A stretch of 64,000 nt of DNA from Candidatus Eiseniibacteriota bacterium (GTDB lineage Bacteria > Eisenbacteria > RBG-16-71-46), in NCBI GenBank assembly GCA_044223005.1, contig JBGAML010000011.1:73169-137168 (forward strand), in the 5' to 3' direction. A program made the position numbers and the translations under genes. The first letter of the stretch is position 1. Every line of letters begins with the position of its first letter. Below the pieces are notes generated by a model. That model searched no databases. It worked only from the letters and a program-made list of their open reading frames with translations, and was not told the origin of the DNA. Shown here piece after piece: positions 1 through 9,050 of the stretch.

Positions 1-1
1 G

Positions 2-481
2 GTGCGCTCGAGCGCGCCTCCGGTCGCGCCGGTGCAGAACATCCAGCACGAGGTGCACGCGACGCCCGCGCCGATCGCCGGCGGGGACGAATCGCGCATC
101 GACTACGGCCGCGAGATCGAGCTGCCCGGCACCGCGCCGGTCACCTCGCGCCCGGCCGAGACGCAGCCTTCGATCACGCCGGTCCGCGAGCCGGTGACGG
201 CGGCCGTCGGCGCGAACGAGCCCGTGCTCGCGCGTGCCCAGGCCCCGGCGCCGCAGCCCGCGGCGGCCGCTCCGGCGCCTGCGCCGGTCGCGGCGGCACC
301 TGCGCCCGCGCGCGTCGCGGCGGCCCCGGCTCCCGAGCCGGTGCGCGTCGAGGCGACGGCGAGCGTGAAGGCCGTGCCGAACGCCGCCGGTGGCCCGACG
401 CCGCTCGTGGTTCCCGTCAAGCTGGGCAAGGGCGGAACCTACGAGATCGTCATTCGTCTCCAGATCGACGCGGACGACTGA
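2..481 (+). CDS. C-terminal fragment of a protein with Pro/Ala-rich linker and short C-terminal beta-rich motif (5' truncated by window)
   Basis: Open frame from window edge, high-GC codon usage, ends LVVPVKLGKGGTYEIVIRLQIDADD; function not determinable. Confidence 0.7.
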   Translation: MRSSAPPVAPVQNIQHEVHATPAPIAGGDESRIDYGREIELPGTAPVTSRPAETQPSITPVREPVTAAVGANEPVLARAQAPAPQPAAAAPAPAPVAAAPAPARVAAAPAPEPVRVEATASVKAVPNAAGGPTPLVVPVKLGKGGTYEIVIRLQIDADD

Positions 482-530
482 ACGTCCAAGAGCTGCAAAG
501 AGTTCCGGGCCCGCGCCGCGCCGAAGAACA

Positions 531-559
531 TTGACTTCGGCGGCGCGGGTTCCTAGTTT
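531..559 (+). promoter_or_regulatory. sigma70-type promoter
   Basis: TTGACT(531-536)-N17-TAGTTT(554-559), upstream of GGAGG and ATG 583. Confidence 0.6.
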
Positions 560-582
560 TGGAGGACGGAGGACCACCGCAC

Positions 583-1044
583 ATGATCCGTCGCCTCGCC
601 GTCGCCGTATTCGCGATTTCGCTCATGGCCGCCACCGCTTCCGCGGGGACGATGTTCGATCCCCAGGCCGCCGGGTTCTCCCCGCGCGTGCCGGTCAGCC
701 CCCTCGGGGTGCTGGGAAGCTGGTTCGATCCGTCGCGCGTCCACGTGAGCAGCTCGCTGTCGGTCGGCACGGGCTGGGGGAGCAGCGGCACCAACGCGCT
801 CCAGGTGACGAGCCTCGCGTACCAGTTCAAGGCCCCCATCGCGCTGAACGTGAGCGTCGGGAACGCCTTCGGACCGGGCGCCGCGGGCCACTCGTCCTTC
901 TTCCTCGAAGGCATGGACCTGACCTGGAAGCCGAGCGCGAACTCGGTGCTCCAGATCCAGTACCACGACTTCCGCTCGCCGCTGCAGTACGGCTACGGCC
1001 CCTACGGGTACATGGGGCCGGGCCGCTCCTACTACGGCTGGTGA
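583..1044 (+). CDS. secreted hypothetical protein
   Basis: GGAGG RBS; signal peptide MIRRLAVAVFAISLMAATASA; beta-strand-like alternation and Tyr/Gly-rich tail. Confidence 0.75.
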   Translation: MIRRLAVAVFAISLMAATASAGTMFDPQAAGFSPRVPVSPLGVLGSWFDPSRVHVSSSLSVGTGWGSSGTNALQVTSLAYQFKAPIALNVSVGNAFGPGAAGHSSFFLEGMDLTWKPSANSVLQIQYHDFRSPLQYGYGPYGYMGPGRSYYGW

Positions 1045-1051
1045 CGGCGCG

Positions 1052-1846
1052 TTGAGCGCGTCGAGACTCGGGGCCGCGTTCGCCGCGCGCCGCGGTCGCA
1101 CGGGCCTGATCCCGTTCCTCACCGCGGGATTCCCCTCGACCGCCGACACGCTCGAGATGATGCGCGGCATCGACCGCGCCGGCGCGCTGGCGATCGAGCT
1201 GGGCATCCCGTTCTCGGATCCCATCGCCGACGGTCCCGACATCCAGCGCGCGTCCGAATGGGCGCTGCGCGGCCACGTCGGGGCGCCGGACGTGTTGCAG
1301 CTGGTCGCGGAGTTCCGTCGCGCCTCCGACCTGCCGGTCGTCGTGATGACGTACGCGAACCCGATCCTGCGCATGGGGCTCGAGCGCTTCGCGCGTGAGG
1401 CCGCCGCCGCGGGCGTCGACGGCGTCATCGTGAGCGACCTGCCGCCCGAGGAATCGCCCGAGACGTGGGACGCGCTGCAGGGCGCGGGGCTCGACACGAT
1501 CACGCTGATCGCGCCGACGACCGAAGGTGAGCGGCTCCCGCGCGTGCTCGCGCGCTGCCGCGGCTTCGCCTATTGCCTCGCACGCACCGGCGTCACCGGC
1601 CAGGGCGCGGGCTGGTCGGGCTCGCTCCCCGAGCGCATCGCCGAGATCCGCCGCCACACGAAGCTCCCGGTCGCGGTCGGCTTCGGCATCTCCGACGCCG
1701 CCGACGCGCGCAAGCTCGCGGGCGTCGCCGACGCGGTGATCGTGGGCGCGGCGTTCATGCGCAAGGTGGGCGAGGACCCCGAACGCGGCGCCGCCGCTCG
1801 GGTCGAGGCGTTCGCCTCCGAACTCGCCGGGGCGCTCACCGCCTGA
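1052..1846 (+). CDS. trpA: tryptophan synthase alpha chain
   Basis: IPFLTAGFP, IELGIPFSDPIADGPDIQ, MTYANP, RTGVTG, VGFGIS, ADAVIVG motifs. Confidence 0.97.
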   Translation: MSASRLGAAFAARRGRTGLIPFLTAGFPSTADTLEMMRGIDRAGALAIELGIPFSDPIADGPDIQRASEWALRGHVGAPDVLQLVAEFRRASDLPVVVMTYANPILRMGLERFAREAAAAGVDGVIVSDLPPEESPETWDALQGAGLDTITLIAPTTEGERLPRVLARCRGFAYCLARTGVTGQGAGWSGSLPERIAEIRRHTKLPVAVGFGISDAADARKLAGVADAVIVGAAFMRKVGEDPERGAAARVEAFASELAGALTA

Positions 1847-1848
1847 AA

Positions 1849-1883
1849 CGATCGAGGCTCCCGTCCCGCGGGAGCCTCGGTCG
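1849..1883. terminator. hairpin terminator between convergent trpA and small ORF
   Basis: cgatcgaggctccc-loop-gggagcctcggtcg, 14-bp near-perfect stem. Confidence 0.65.
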
Positions 1884-1902
1884 CATCACCGCCTCGCCGG
1901 CA

Positions 1903-1959
1903 TCAACGCCGGATCCACCACAACAGATCCAGAAGCACCAGTACGAGTCCGATGTCCAC
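1903..1959 (-). CDS. putative 18-aa hydrophobic peptide MDIGLVLVLLDLLWWIRR
   Basis: GTG start with GGAGG 6 nt upstream (1966-1970), sigma28-like promoter upstream, hairpin downstream; not in ORF track. Confidence 0.55.
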   Translation of the reverse strand: MDIGLVLVLLDLLWWIRR

Positions 1960-2070
1960 GGTGTGCCTCCGACCTCGAGGGCGCGCGCCCGGCCTTGCTC
2001 GCGCGGTCAACCGTACCGATCGGCCGTCCGTGGGTTGGCGACGCGGACGGGGGAGGCGGCGACTGACGCC

Positions 2071-4551
2071 TCAAGCCCGAATATCGGCGGCTACCCCGAC
2101 GGGCTTGATGGTTCTCGGACCTCGGGTCCGGATTCCGGGCTGAGTCAGCTGTCTCAGGACGACCAGGGTGAGGTCGTCCATCGGCTCGTCGGCCCATTCC
2201 CGGACGGCCAGCAGCAGCTCCTCGAGGATGTCTCCGGCCCGCCGCCGGGCGCAGCGGTCGAGGACGGCCTGGATGCCCTCGATCCCGAACATGCGGCCGC
2301 CGCGGCTCGCCTCGGTGAGGCCGTCGGTGTGCACCAGGGCGACGTCGCCGGCGTCCAGCTCGACCACCGACACGCCGTACTCCGCCGCCTCGCTCACGCC
2401 CAGCAGCAGGCCGCTCTCGCGCAGCTCCTCGAGCCGACCGTCGGCGCGCCGCACGAGCGGCGGCGTGAGCCCGGCGTTGGCGAACCGCAGCACGCCCGCG
2501 GTCACGTCGACGCGCGCGCACAGCATGCTCACGAACTTCTCGGGCTGCTCGATCGCCACGAGGTCGCGGTTCAGCGCCTCGAGCAGCTCGCCCGGATGGC
2601 GCGTGCGCAGCGCCTCGGCGCGGAAGCGCGACTGCACGCCGGCGAGCACGAGCGCCGCGGGCACGCCGTGGCCGGCCGCGTCGCCGACGGCGAGCGTGAA
2701 CTCGCGCGGGCCGGTCGAGACGATGTCGTAGTAGTCGCCGCCCACCGATTCGGTCGACAGCGTGACCGCCGCGCAGTCGAGCGTGGGGTAGACGGGCGTG
2801 CGCCGCGGCAGGCGGTGCACCTGCACGTGGTGCGCTTCCTCGAGCTCGCGGTCCAGCGCCACGCGCCGGCCGGCCTCGCGGCGCAGGTCGGCGTTCTCGA
2901 GCGCCACGGCGAGGTGGTGCGAGAAGCGCGCGAGGTCGCGGATCTCGGCGCGGTCGAGCCACGGGCCGGCGAGCCGCCGGCCGAGCAGCAGCACCGCCGG
3001 CGCCGGCGCGAGCGGCACCGGCAGCACCCAGTGCACGCCGGCCAGCTCGAGCGTGTCGCGGTCCTCCGCCGGCAGCGCGAGCGCGCCGGGTTCGCACGGA
3101 CCGTCGCGGCGCGCGAGCGCGTCGAACAGCGCCGGGCCCGGCGTCGGCATGAGCCGCGCGCCCGCGAAGCTGCCGAGCCGCAGCCGTCCGCCCACGGCGC
3201 GTCCGCCGCTGCAACCGTCGAGCCGCAGCGCGCGCGTGAGCGCGTCGCAGGCCTCGGCGAGGATCGCGTCCACGTCGCCCGTGCGCGCGGCATCGGGCGA
3301 GGGCGCCCACGCGGCGAGCGCGATGTCGTCGGCGATCGGCACCATGCGCGCGCCGAGCCGCGAGAGCAGTGGCCGCGCCGGACCCGCGAGCGCCGCGCCC
3401 AGCGCGAGGAACGCCAGCGAGGCGCCCGAGACGTCGCGCCCCAGCTCGGGCCACCACGTGGCGGCCAGCCATTCGCCCGCGGCCCACGTCGCGACGCCGA
3501 CCAGGCCCGCGCACGTCACCACGGCTCCGGCGCGCAGCGCGATGCGGAAGTCGAAGACGCGATGCACGGCGATCGCCCACGCGAACGACGCCGGGACGGC
3601 GAGCGTGAACGCCACCGCGATCCGCTCGCCGGGCAGCGCGACGCCGGGCACGAGGTTCCGCCACGCCACGGCGGCGGCGAACGGCGCGATGCCGAGCAGC
3701 GTGCCCGCGAACGCGACGCGCAGACGCTTCCGGGCGTCGGGGCCGCGCGTGCGCGCCACCGACGCGCCGAAGAGCACGAGCCCGGCGAGCATGCCCCACG
3801 CGAAGAGCGCGTTGCCGCCCACGTCGAGCACGGCGAGCGCGGGCGCCCAGCGGCCGGGGCCGAACGCGTCCTCGAGCACGAGCGCGAGCCCGAGCAGCCA
3901 CAGCGCCGCCGCCACGCCGTAACCGAGCCGCACGAGGACGCGCAGGCGCGGGCGCGGGCCCGGTTCGGGGAAGAGCGCGAAGAAGTGCACGAACACGACG
4001 GGCGCGACCAGCTGCGCCGCGAGGTAGCCGAGGTCGTAGAGCAGCTGGGCGACGTGCGAGGCGAAGCGTGGCTCGGGCGCGAGCATTCCCGAGAAGGCCG
4101 TGCACAGGACGAGGAACGTGCGCGTCAGGTGGTCGCGGCGTTCGCTCCAGACCCAGCCGCCGAGCAGCAGGAAGCCCGACGCCACCGCGAACAGGAATGC
4201 TCCGAAGCGCCGCTCGCTCTCGGGATAGGCCGCGGGCACGAGCCAGGCGAGATCGTGGTGGCCGTCGCGCTCGCGGTCGAGCAGGAGCGGCTGGTCGGGC
4301 ACCGCGCGCCGCAGCGGATCGCGATCGAGCGCCGAGGGCCGCTCGCCGCCCTCGGCGAGCCGGATGCGATCGCCCGGCGCCAGCCCCGCCAGGGCGCCCG
4401 GGCTGCCCGGTACCACGGTCGCCACGCGGTTGGCCTGCACGGTCACACCGGTATAGGCGTGGCGGTAGAGGGTGAGGGCGGAGAGGACGAGTGCCGCCGA
4501 AGCCGGCAGGATCAGCCACGACAACCAGCGGTTTGCGGCACTTCGGTCCAT
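2071..4551 (-). CDS. membrane-bound PP2C/SpoIIE-family serine phosphatase with PDZ, multi-TM and GAF-like regions
   Basis: PDZ-like VVPGSPGALAGLAPGDRI; many TM helices; VGGDYYD, AVGDAAGHG, NAGLTPP, HTDGLTEA, DDLTLVV; ATG 4551 preferred start. Confidence 0.9.
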   Translation of the reverse strand: MDRSAANRWLSWLILPASAALVLSALTLYRHAYTGVTVQANRVATVVPGSPGALAGLAPGDRIRLAEGGERPSALDRDPLRRAVPDQPLLLDRERDGHHDLAWLVPAAYPESERRFGAFLFAVASGFLLLGGWVWSERRDHLTRTFLVLCTAFSGMLAPEPRFASHVAQLLYDLGYLAAQLVAPVVFVHFFALFPEPGPRPRLRVLVRLGYGVAAALWLLGLALVLEDAFGPGRWAPALAVLDVGGNALFAWGMLAGLVLFGASVARTRGPDARKRLRVAFAGTLLGIAPFAAAVAWRNLVPGVALPGERIAVAFTLAVPASFAWAIAVHRVFDFRIALRAGAVVTCAGLVGVATWAAGEWLAATWWPELGRDVSGASLAFLALGAALAGPARPLLSRLGARMVPIADDIALAAWAPSPDAARTGDVDAILAEACDALTRALRLDGCSGGRAVGGRLRLGSFAGARLMPTPGPALFDALARRDGPCEPGALALPAEDRDTLELAGVHWVLPVPLAPAPAVLLLGRRLAGPWLDRAEIRDLARFSHHLAVALENADLRREAGRRVALDRELEEAHHVQVHRLPRRTPVYPTLDCAAVTLSTESVGGDYYDIVSTGPREFTLAVGDAAGHGVPAALVLAGVQSRFRAEALRTRHPGELLEALNRDLVAIEQPEKFVSMLCARVDVTAGVLRFANAGLTPPLVRRADGRLEELRESGLLLGVSEAAEYGVSVVELDAGDVALVHTDGLTEASRGGRMFGIEGIQAVLDRCARRRAGDILEELLLAVREWADEPMDDLTLVVLRQLTQPGIRTRGPRTIKPVGVAADIRA
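2081..2108 (-). promoter_or_regulatory. sigma28 (FliA/WhiG)-type promoter
   Basis: minus strand TCAAG-N15-GCCGATAT. Confidence 0.6.
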
Positions 4552-4724
4552 CGGGATCCCCGCGGTTTGCCGGCCGGAGAACCGTGTCCCGGGCGGCGGC
4601 ACGCAGTCTAGCGTGCGGGCTTCGCGGCGCGCCAGCGGCGTCCCGGCGGGCGTCTCGGAGGTGGTACCCCGGGAACTTCGGCAATCGGCACTTGGACGCA
4701 CCCGCTGCCCGACGCTATTCTGGC

Positions 4725-4752
4725 TGAAGTCAGTTGGCCGCCTTGCCGATAC
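4725..4752 (+). promoter_or_regulatory. sigma28-type promoter of csrA and flgM-like gene
   Basis: TGAAG-N15-GCCGATAC, 60 nt upstream of csrA. Confidence 0.6.
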
Positions 4753-4811
4753 GCCTCTTGAAGCTGGAAACACCCCGGGCGTAGCGGTTCGCAGTGCGGA
4801 GGCTATTCACG

Positions 4812-5033
4812 ATGCTGGTCCTAACAAGGAAGTTAGGAGAGAACATCCGGATCGGAGACACGGTGAAGATCACCGTGCTGGAAGTCCGATCCGGCCAGGT
4901 CAAGCTCGGCATCGAGGCTCCCCCCGAGGTGAAGGTGCACCGGGAGGAGATCTACGCCCGGATCCAGGAAGAGAACCGCCGTGCCGCCGGGCAGCGTCCC
5001 GACGAGGCGGCCGGACCCGGCAAGAAGCCCTGA
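4812..5033 (+). CDS. csrA: carbon storage regulator CsrA
   Basis: [16 protein letters not shown]...[27 protein letters not shown]. Confidence 0.97.
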   Translation: MLVLTRKLGENIRIGDTVKITVLEVRSGQVKLGIEAPPEVKVHREEIYARIQEENRRAAGQRPDEAAGPGKKP

Positions 5034-5100
5034 CGTCGACGCATCCCCGCGAAGGTGCCCCGGTTGGGGGGACTGCCTTCGAGCGCCGCGACGAGGAGTC

Positions 5101-5310
5101 ATGAACGCGACTCGCCGACGCATCACCCGCAGCACTCGCAGCACCCGAGCGACCGCCGCTCCTGTCGTGGCGATCGCCGGGTATCCCGAAGTCGTGCGCC
5201 TGACGCGCGTGCGCACGGCGCTGCAGCGCATCCGGTCGGGCTACTACGACCGGGACGAGGTGAGGGATCGCCTCGCGGCCGCGGTGTTGAAGGAGCTGCA
5301 GAAGCGGTAG
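5101..5310 (+). CDS. FlgM-like anti-sigma28 factor
   Basis: 69 aa, GAGGAG RBS; C-terminal VRLTRVRTALQRIRSGYYDRDEVRDRLAAAVL resembles FlgM sigma28-binding helices. Confidence 0.65.
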   Translation: MNATRRRITRSTRSTRATAAPVVAIAGYPEVVRLTRVRTALQRIRSGYYDRDEVRDRLAAAVLKELQKR

Positions 5311-5476
5311 TCCTTCCGTCTCCCGGCGCCGCCGGATCGAGCCCGCTCATCGGGTGCGATCCGGCGGTTTCGTTTGCCCGCCGCCGCGCGCGGGCCGGCG
5401 CGCACGCAGGGCGCGGCGCGGAACGCTTCGCACGGGCGGCGGGTCGCGCCTATACTGCGGCCGCGAAGGACCGCCC

Positions 5477-6676
5477 ATGCCGACCTCCCGTTCGCGCGCC
5501 AGTGGCGCGCCTCCCCGCGAGACGCTGGTGCGCGCGCTCATGGACGACGCGCCGCACGGCGCGCTGCTGCTCGATCCGCAGGCGCGGCTCGTGGACGCCA
5601 ACGCGTCCGCCGAGCGGCTGCTCGGGTTCAGCCTCGCGCGGCTCCGCGGCAAGCCCGGCGCCGACCTGCTGCGCACGCTGGTGGCGGGCGACGACCTGGT
5701 GCGCGAGTGCTTCCGCCGCGCGCGCACCGAGCGCGAGGCCGTGCTGCACGGTCCGGGCGGCGGCGAGCTGCAGGCGCTCGTGCGTGGCTACCGGCTCGGC
5801 AAGCCGGCCTGGCTGCTGATCACGGTGCACGACCTCTCGCAGGTGCGGCGCATGCAGCAGGAGCTGCGGCGCAACGAGCGCCTCGCCACGCTCGGCCAGC
5901 TGGCCGCGGGCGTCGCGCACGAGATCCGCAACCCGCTCGCCGGGATCGGCACCAGCGCCCAGGTCCTGCTCAAGCGCTTCGAGCCCCGCGACGACCGCGC
6001 CCGCTTCGTGCAGGTGATCCTCGACGAGGTGGCTCGCCTCGACCGCATCGTGACGAGCCTCCTGCAGTACGCGCGCCCCCGCACTCCCGAGCTGCGGGCG
6101 GCCACGCTGGCGGGCTGCGTGGATCGCGTGATCGCACTCGCGGCCGACGGCATCCAGCAGGCGTCGGTGGCGGTCGAGGTCGAGGTGGCGCCCCGGCTCG
6201 CGCCCATCTACATTGATCCGGACCTCGTGTCGCAGGTGCTGCTCAACGTGACGCTGAACGCCGTGCAGGCGATGCCGTCCGGGGGCACGCTGCGCTACGA
6301 AGTGCGCAAGGTGCGCCGCCGCCGCCTGCCACGAGGGCCCGGCCGGCGCGCGAGCGACCGCCGGGGGAACCGCGGCCCGGGATCGGGCTGGATCGAGTAC
6401 CAGCAGGTGCGGGTGATCGACACGGGGACCGGGATTCCGCGTGGCGTGCTCGCGAAGATGTTCGACCCGTTCTTCACGACGAAGGCGAGCGGCACGGGCC
6501 TCGGGCTCAGCATCTCGCAGACCATCCTGCAGGAACACGGCGGCTTCATCGCCGTGGACAGCCGCGAAGGCCGCGGAACGACGGTCCTGCTCAACTTCCC
6601 GCTGGAGAAACGCCATGGCGAAAGGCGACAGCACGACGCGCACCCAGGGCGCCCAGACGCTCCTCATCGTCGATGA
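5477..6676 (+). CDS. cytoplasmic PAS sensor histidine kinase (NtrB/FleS-like)
   Basis: PAS (ANASAERLLG), H-box AHEIRNPL, N-box LNAVQAM, DTGTGI, FDPFFTTK, GTGLGL; TATACT -10 at 5451. Confidence 0.93.
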   Translation: MPTSRSRASGAPPRETLVRALMDDAPHGALLLDPQARLVDANASAERLLGFSLARLRGKPGADLLRTLVAGDDLVRECFRRARTEREAVLHGPGGGELQALVRGYRLGKPAWLLITVHDLSQVRRMQQELRRNERLATLGQLAAGVAHEIRNPLAGIGTSAQVLLKRFEPRDDRARFVQVILDEVARLDRIVTSLLQYARPRTPELRAATLAGCVDRVIALAADGIQQASVAVEVEVAPRLAPIYIDPDLVSQVLLNVTLNAVQAMPSGGTLRYEVRKVRRRRLPRGPGRRASDRRGNRGPGSGWIEYQQVRVIDTGTGIPRGVLAKMFDPFFTTKASGTGLGLSISQTILQEHGGFIAVDSREGRGTTVLLNFPLEKRHGERRQHDAHPGRPDAPHRR

Positions 6677-8042
6677 CGAGCGCTCGCTGCGCTTCAGCAT
6701 CGGCGAGTGGGCCCGCGACATGGGCTACCAGCCGATCGAGGCGCCGGGCGGACGCGAGGCGCTCGAGGCGGTGCGTGATCACGGGGCGTCGGCGGTGCTG
6801 CTGGACCTGCGGCTCGGTGACGAGGACGGCCTGCGGATCCTGAAGCAGATCCGCGAACTCGATGCCGGCATTCCCGTCGTCATGCTGACCGGGCACGGCA
6901 CCGTCGAGCATGCCGTGCGCGCGATCAAGATGGGCGCCTACGACTTCATGCTGAAGCCGCCGGACCTGGACCACCTCGGGGTGGTGCTGGAGCGGGCGCT
7001 CGAGCACGCGCGGCTGCGGCGCGAAGTCGACCACCTGCGCGCGACCGCACCGAGCGCGCAGCCGATCCTCGGCCAGAGCGAGACGCTGCAGAAGGCGCTC
7101 CAGCGCCTCGAGCGCGCCGCCCGCGGCGGCACGGCGACGGTGCTGCTGCGCGGCGAGACGGGCTCGGGCAAGGAGCTCATGGCGCGCTTCCTCCACGAGA
7201 AGAGCCCGCGCGCCGCGGGGCCATTCATCGAGCTCAACTGCTCGGCGATCCCCGAGCAGCTGCTCGAGAGCGAGCTCTACGGCCACGAGCGCGGCGCGTT
7301 CACGGACGCGAAGCGCTTCAAGAAGGGCCTCTTCGAACTCGCCGACAACGGCACGCTGTTCCTCGACGAGATCGGGGAGATGGCGCCGCAGCTGCAGGCC
7401 AAGCTCCTGCGCGTGCTCGAAACGCGGACGTTCCGCCGCGTCGGCGGCCACGCCGACATCACGGTGGACGTGCGCGTGGTCGCGGCCACGCACCGCGACC
7501 TTTCCAAGATGGTCGCCGAGGGCCGCTTCCGCGAGGACCTCTACTTCCGCCTCAACGTGGTCCCGGTCGAGGTGCCACCCCTGCGCGAGCGCGCGGGCGA
7601 CGTGGCCGTCCTCGCCGAGCACTTCGTACAGCGCTTCTGCCGCGAGCTGGGCCGCAAACCGGCGGCGCTGGCACCGGCGGCGCTCGTGCTGCTGCAGGGC
7701 TACGCGTGGCCGGGCAACGTGCGCGAGCTCAAGAACGTGATCGAGCGCGTCGTGCTGCTCGAGGCCGAGGACGACATCCTGCCCGAGCACCTGCCGCACG
7801 AGATCACGCACGGCGGAGGCGGGGCACCGGGCGCGAGCCCGGGCGCGTCGCCGTTCCCGGCCGGGCACGTGCGGCCGATGGCCGAGATCGAGAAGCTGGC
7901 GATCGAGCACGCGCTGCAGGTATGCGACGGCAACAAGACGCGCGCGGCGACGCTCCTGGGCATTTCCCGGCAGACCCTGCGGACGAAGCTCAAGGACTTC
8001 GCCCTCGGTGACGATGGAGAGGACGGGCCCGAGGGAGCCTGA
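6615..8042 (+). CDS. sigma54-dependent response regulator (REC-AAA+-Fis HTH)
   Basis: REC domain, GETGSGKE, ESELYGHERGAFTDA, FLDEIGEM, WPGNVREL, GNKTRAATLLGISRQTL. Confidence 0.95.
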   Translation: MAKGDSTTRTQGAQTLLIVDDERSLRFSIGEWARDMGYQPIEAPGGREALEAVRDHGASAVLLDLRLGDEDGLRILKQIRELDAGIPVVMLTGHGTVEHAVRAIKMGAYDFMLKPPDLDHLGVVLERALEHARLRREVDHLRATAPSAQPILGQSETLQKALQRLERAARGGTATVLLRGETGSGKELMARFLHEKSPRAAGPFIELNCSAIPEQLLESELYGHERGAFTDAKRFKKGLFELADNGTLFLDEIGEMAPQLQAKLLRVLETRTFRRVGGHADITVDVRVVAATHRDLSKMVAEGRFREDLYFRLNVVPVEVPPLRERAGDVAVLAEHFVQRFCRELGRKPAALAPAALVLLQGYAWPGNVRELKNVIERVVLLEAEDDILPEHLPHEITHGGGGAPGASPGASPFPAGHVRPMAEIEKLAIEHALQVCDGNKTRAATLLGISRQTLRTKLKDFALGDDGEDGPEGA

Positions 8043-8340
8043 AAACCCTCCCGGACCCGGCCTCGATCGCCCGGTCCGGGCGACCAAGAAGCAATCGCGC
8101 ACCGCCCGCGGGTGGTGCGAGGTTGGGCGGCCGGCTCCTTCCGGGAGCCGGCCGTCCGCGTTTCCGGGCGGGCTCATTCGGCACGCCCGCGGCTCGCAAA
8201 TCGCACGATCGCGGCCAATCCCATTGCTGCGAACTCGCGATTCTCGAACGGCTTGAGCGCCTCGCGGCCGGCCCGCTCCGGCCTGCGCCGCCTCGCCCTG
8301 TGCGCCCCTGCGTGGCCTTTCGCCACGCCGGCCGGCCCGG

Positions 8341-8356
8341 TGGCACACGGACTGCA
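8341..8356 (+). promoter_or_regulatory. sigma54 -24/-12 promoter
   Basis: TGGCAC-ACGGA-CTGCA (GG-N10-GC), about 50 nt upstream of ATG 8407 and just downstream of the bEBP gene. Confidence 0.7.
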
Positions 8357-8406
8357 GAACGCCTTGCCGTCCCCCGGAACCACCCATCGCACCGGAGCCC
8401 CCGCAC

Positions 8407-8802
8407 ATGTCGCACATCCTGCTCGTGGAAGACGAACCGACGACCTCGTGGGCGCTCGCCGAGGGTCTTGCGGACGATGGCTACACCATCGACACGTTCC
8501 GCTCGGCCGAGGAAGCGCTCGCGTGGCTGCGGCAGAACACGTGCGACCTGGTGATCACGGACCTGCGGCTTCCCGGCATGAGCGGTCTCGAGTTCGCGCG
8601 CAAGCTGCGCCGCGGCCGCCGTTCGCTGCCGGTCGTCGTCGTCTCCGCGTACGGCACCGATGCGACCGAGCGCCAGCTGCGCCAGGCCGGGGTGGTGGAC
8701 CTCTTCACGAAGCCGTTCCACGTGGATGCGCTGCGTCGCGCGGTTCGCCGCGCGCTGGTCGAGGAGACCGCGCCGCGCTCCAACGCCCGGAGAGCTGCCT
8801 GA
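8407..8802 (+). CDS. single-domain response regulator
   Basis: ILLVEDE, VITDLRLPGMSG, VSAYG, TKPF; ends RRAA. Confidence 0.92.
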   Translation: MSHILLVEDEPTTSWALAEGLADDGYTIDTFRSAEEALAWLRQNTCDLVITDLRLPGMSGLEFARKLRRGRRSLPVVVVSAYGTDATERQLRQAGVVDLFTKPFHVDALRRAVRRALVEETAPRSNARRAA

Positions 8803-9050
8803 TGCGACGCCTGCCGAACGAAATCGACCGCCTGCCCGCCGATCTCCGCATCGCCGCCGAGATCGAAGCCCTCGAGCCCCAGGTCCGCCAGGTCCTCACG
8901 CTCCGGCTGCTCGAGAAGCTCTCGCCCGTCGAGACCGCCGGCGCGCTGCGCATGACCGTCCGCCAGGTGGAGCGCACGCTGAACGCCGCGCTCGACCGCA
9001 TCTCGACCCACGTCGCCCAGGGCCGCCGCCCGCTGCGGAGGGCCGCGTGA
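8802..9050 (+). CDS. stand-alone sigma70 region 4-like HTH protein (82 aa)
   Basis: TGATG coupling; IEALEPQVRQVLTLRLLEKLSPVETAGALRMTVRQVERTLNAALDRI resembles region 4 of the FliA downstream; ends RRAA. Confidence 0.75.
   Translation: MRRLPNEIDRLPADLRIAAEIEALEPQVRQVLTLRLLEKLSPVETAGALRMTVRQVERTLNAALDRISTHVAQGRRPLRRAA

Noticed and set aside
240..340. Short GC-rich repeats
   Set aside because: Encode an ordinary Pro/Ala linker
1903..1959. Tandem Trp codons beside trpA read as a TrpL attenuator
   Set aside because: Lies downstream of and antisense to trpA, so it cannot attenuate it in the classical way; WW plus RR also fits a membrane-interface motif
1573..4684. Very long ORFs 1573-4611(+) and 1886-4684(-), and similar ones such as 30277-34530, 34672-37278, 39245-41971, 50592-54758
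   Set aside because: Arg/Ala/Gly-rich shadow frames of recognisable genes, expected at high GC; no motifs
7285..7310. GAFTDA instead of GAFTGA as a sign of sigma54 independence
   Set aside because: Key F and T retained, the variant is common, and a sigma54 promoter lies directly downstream
8179..8193. Second GG-N10-GC sigma54-like site (CGGCACGCCCGCGGC)
   Set aside because: Lacks TGG and TTGC context; frequent by chance at this GC content
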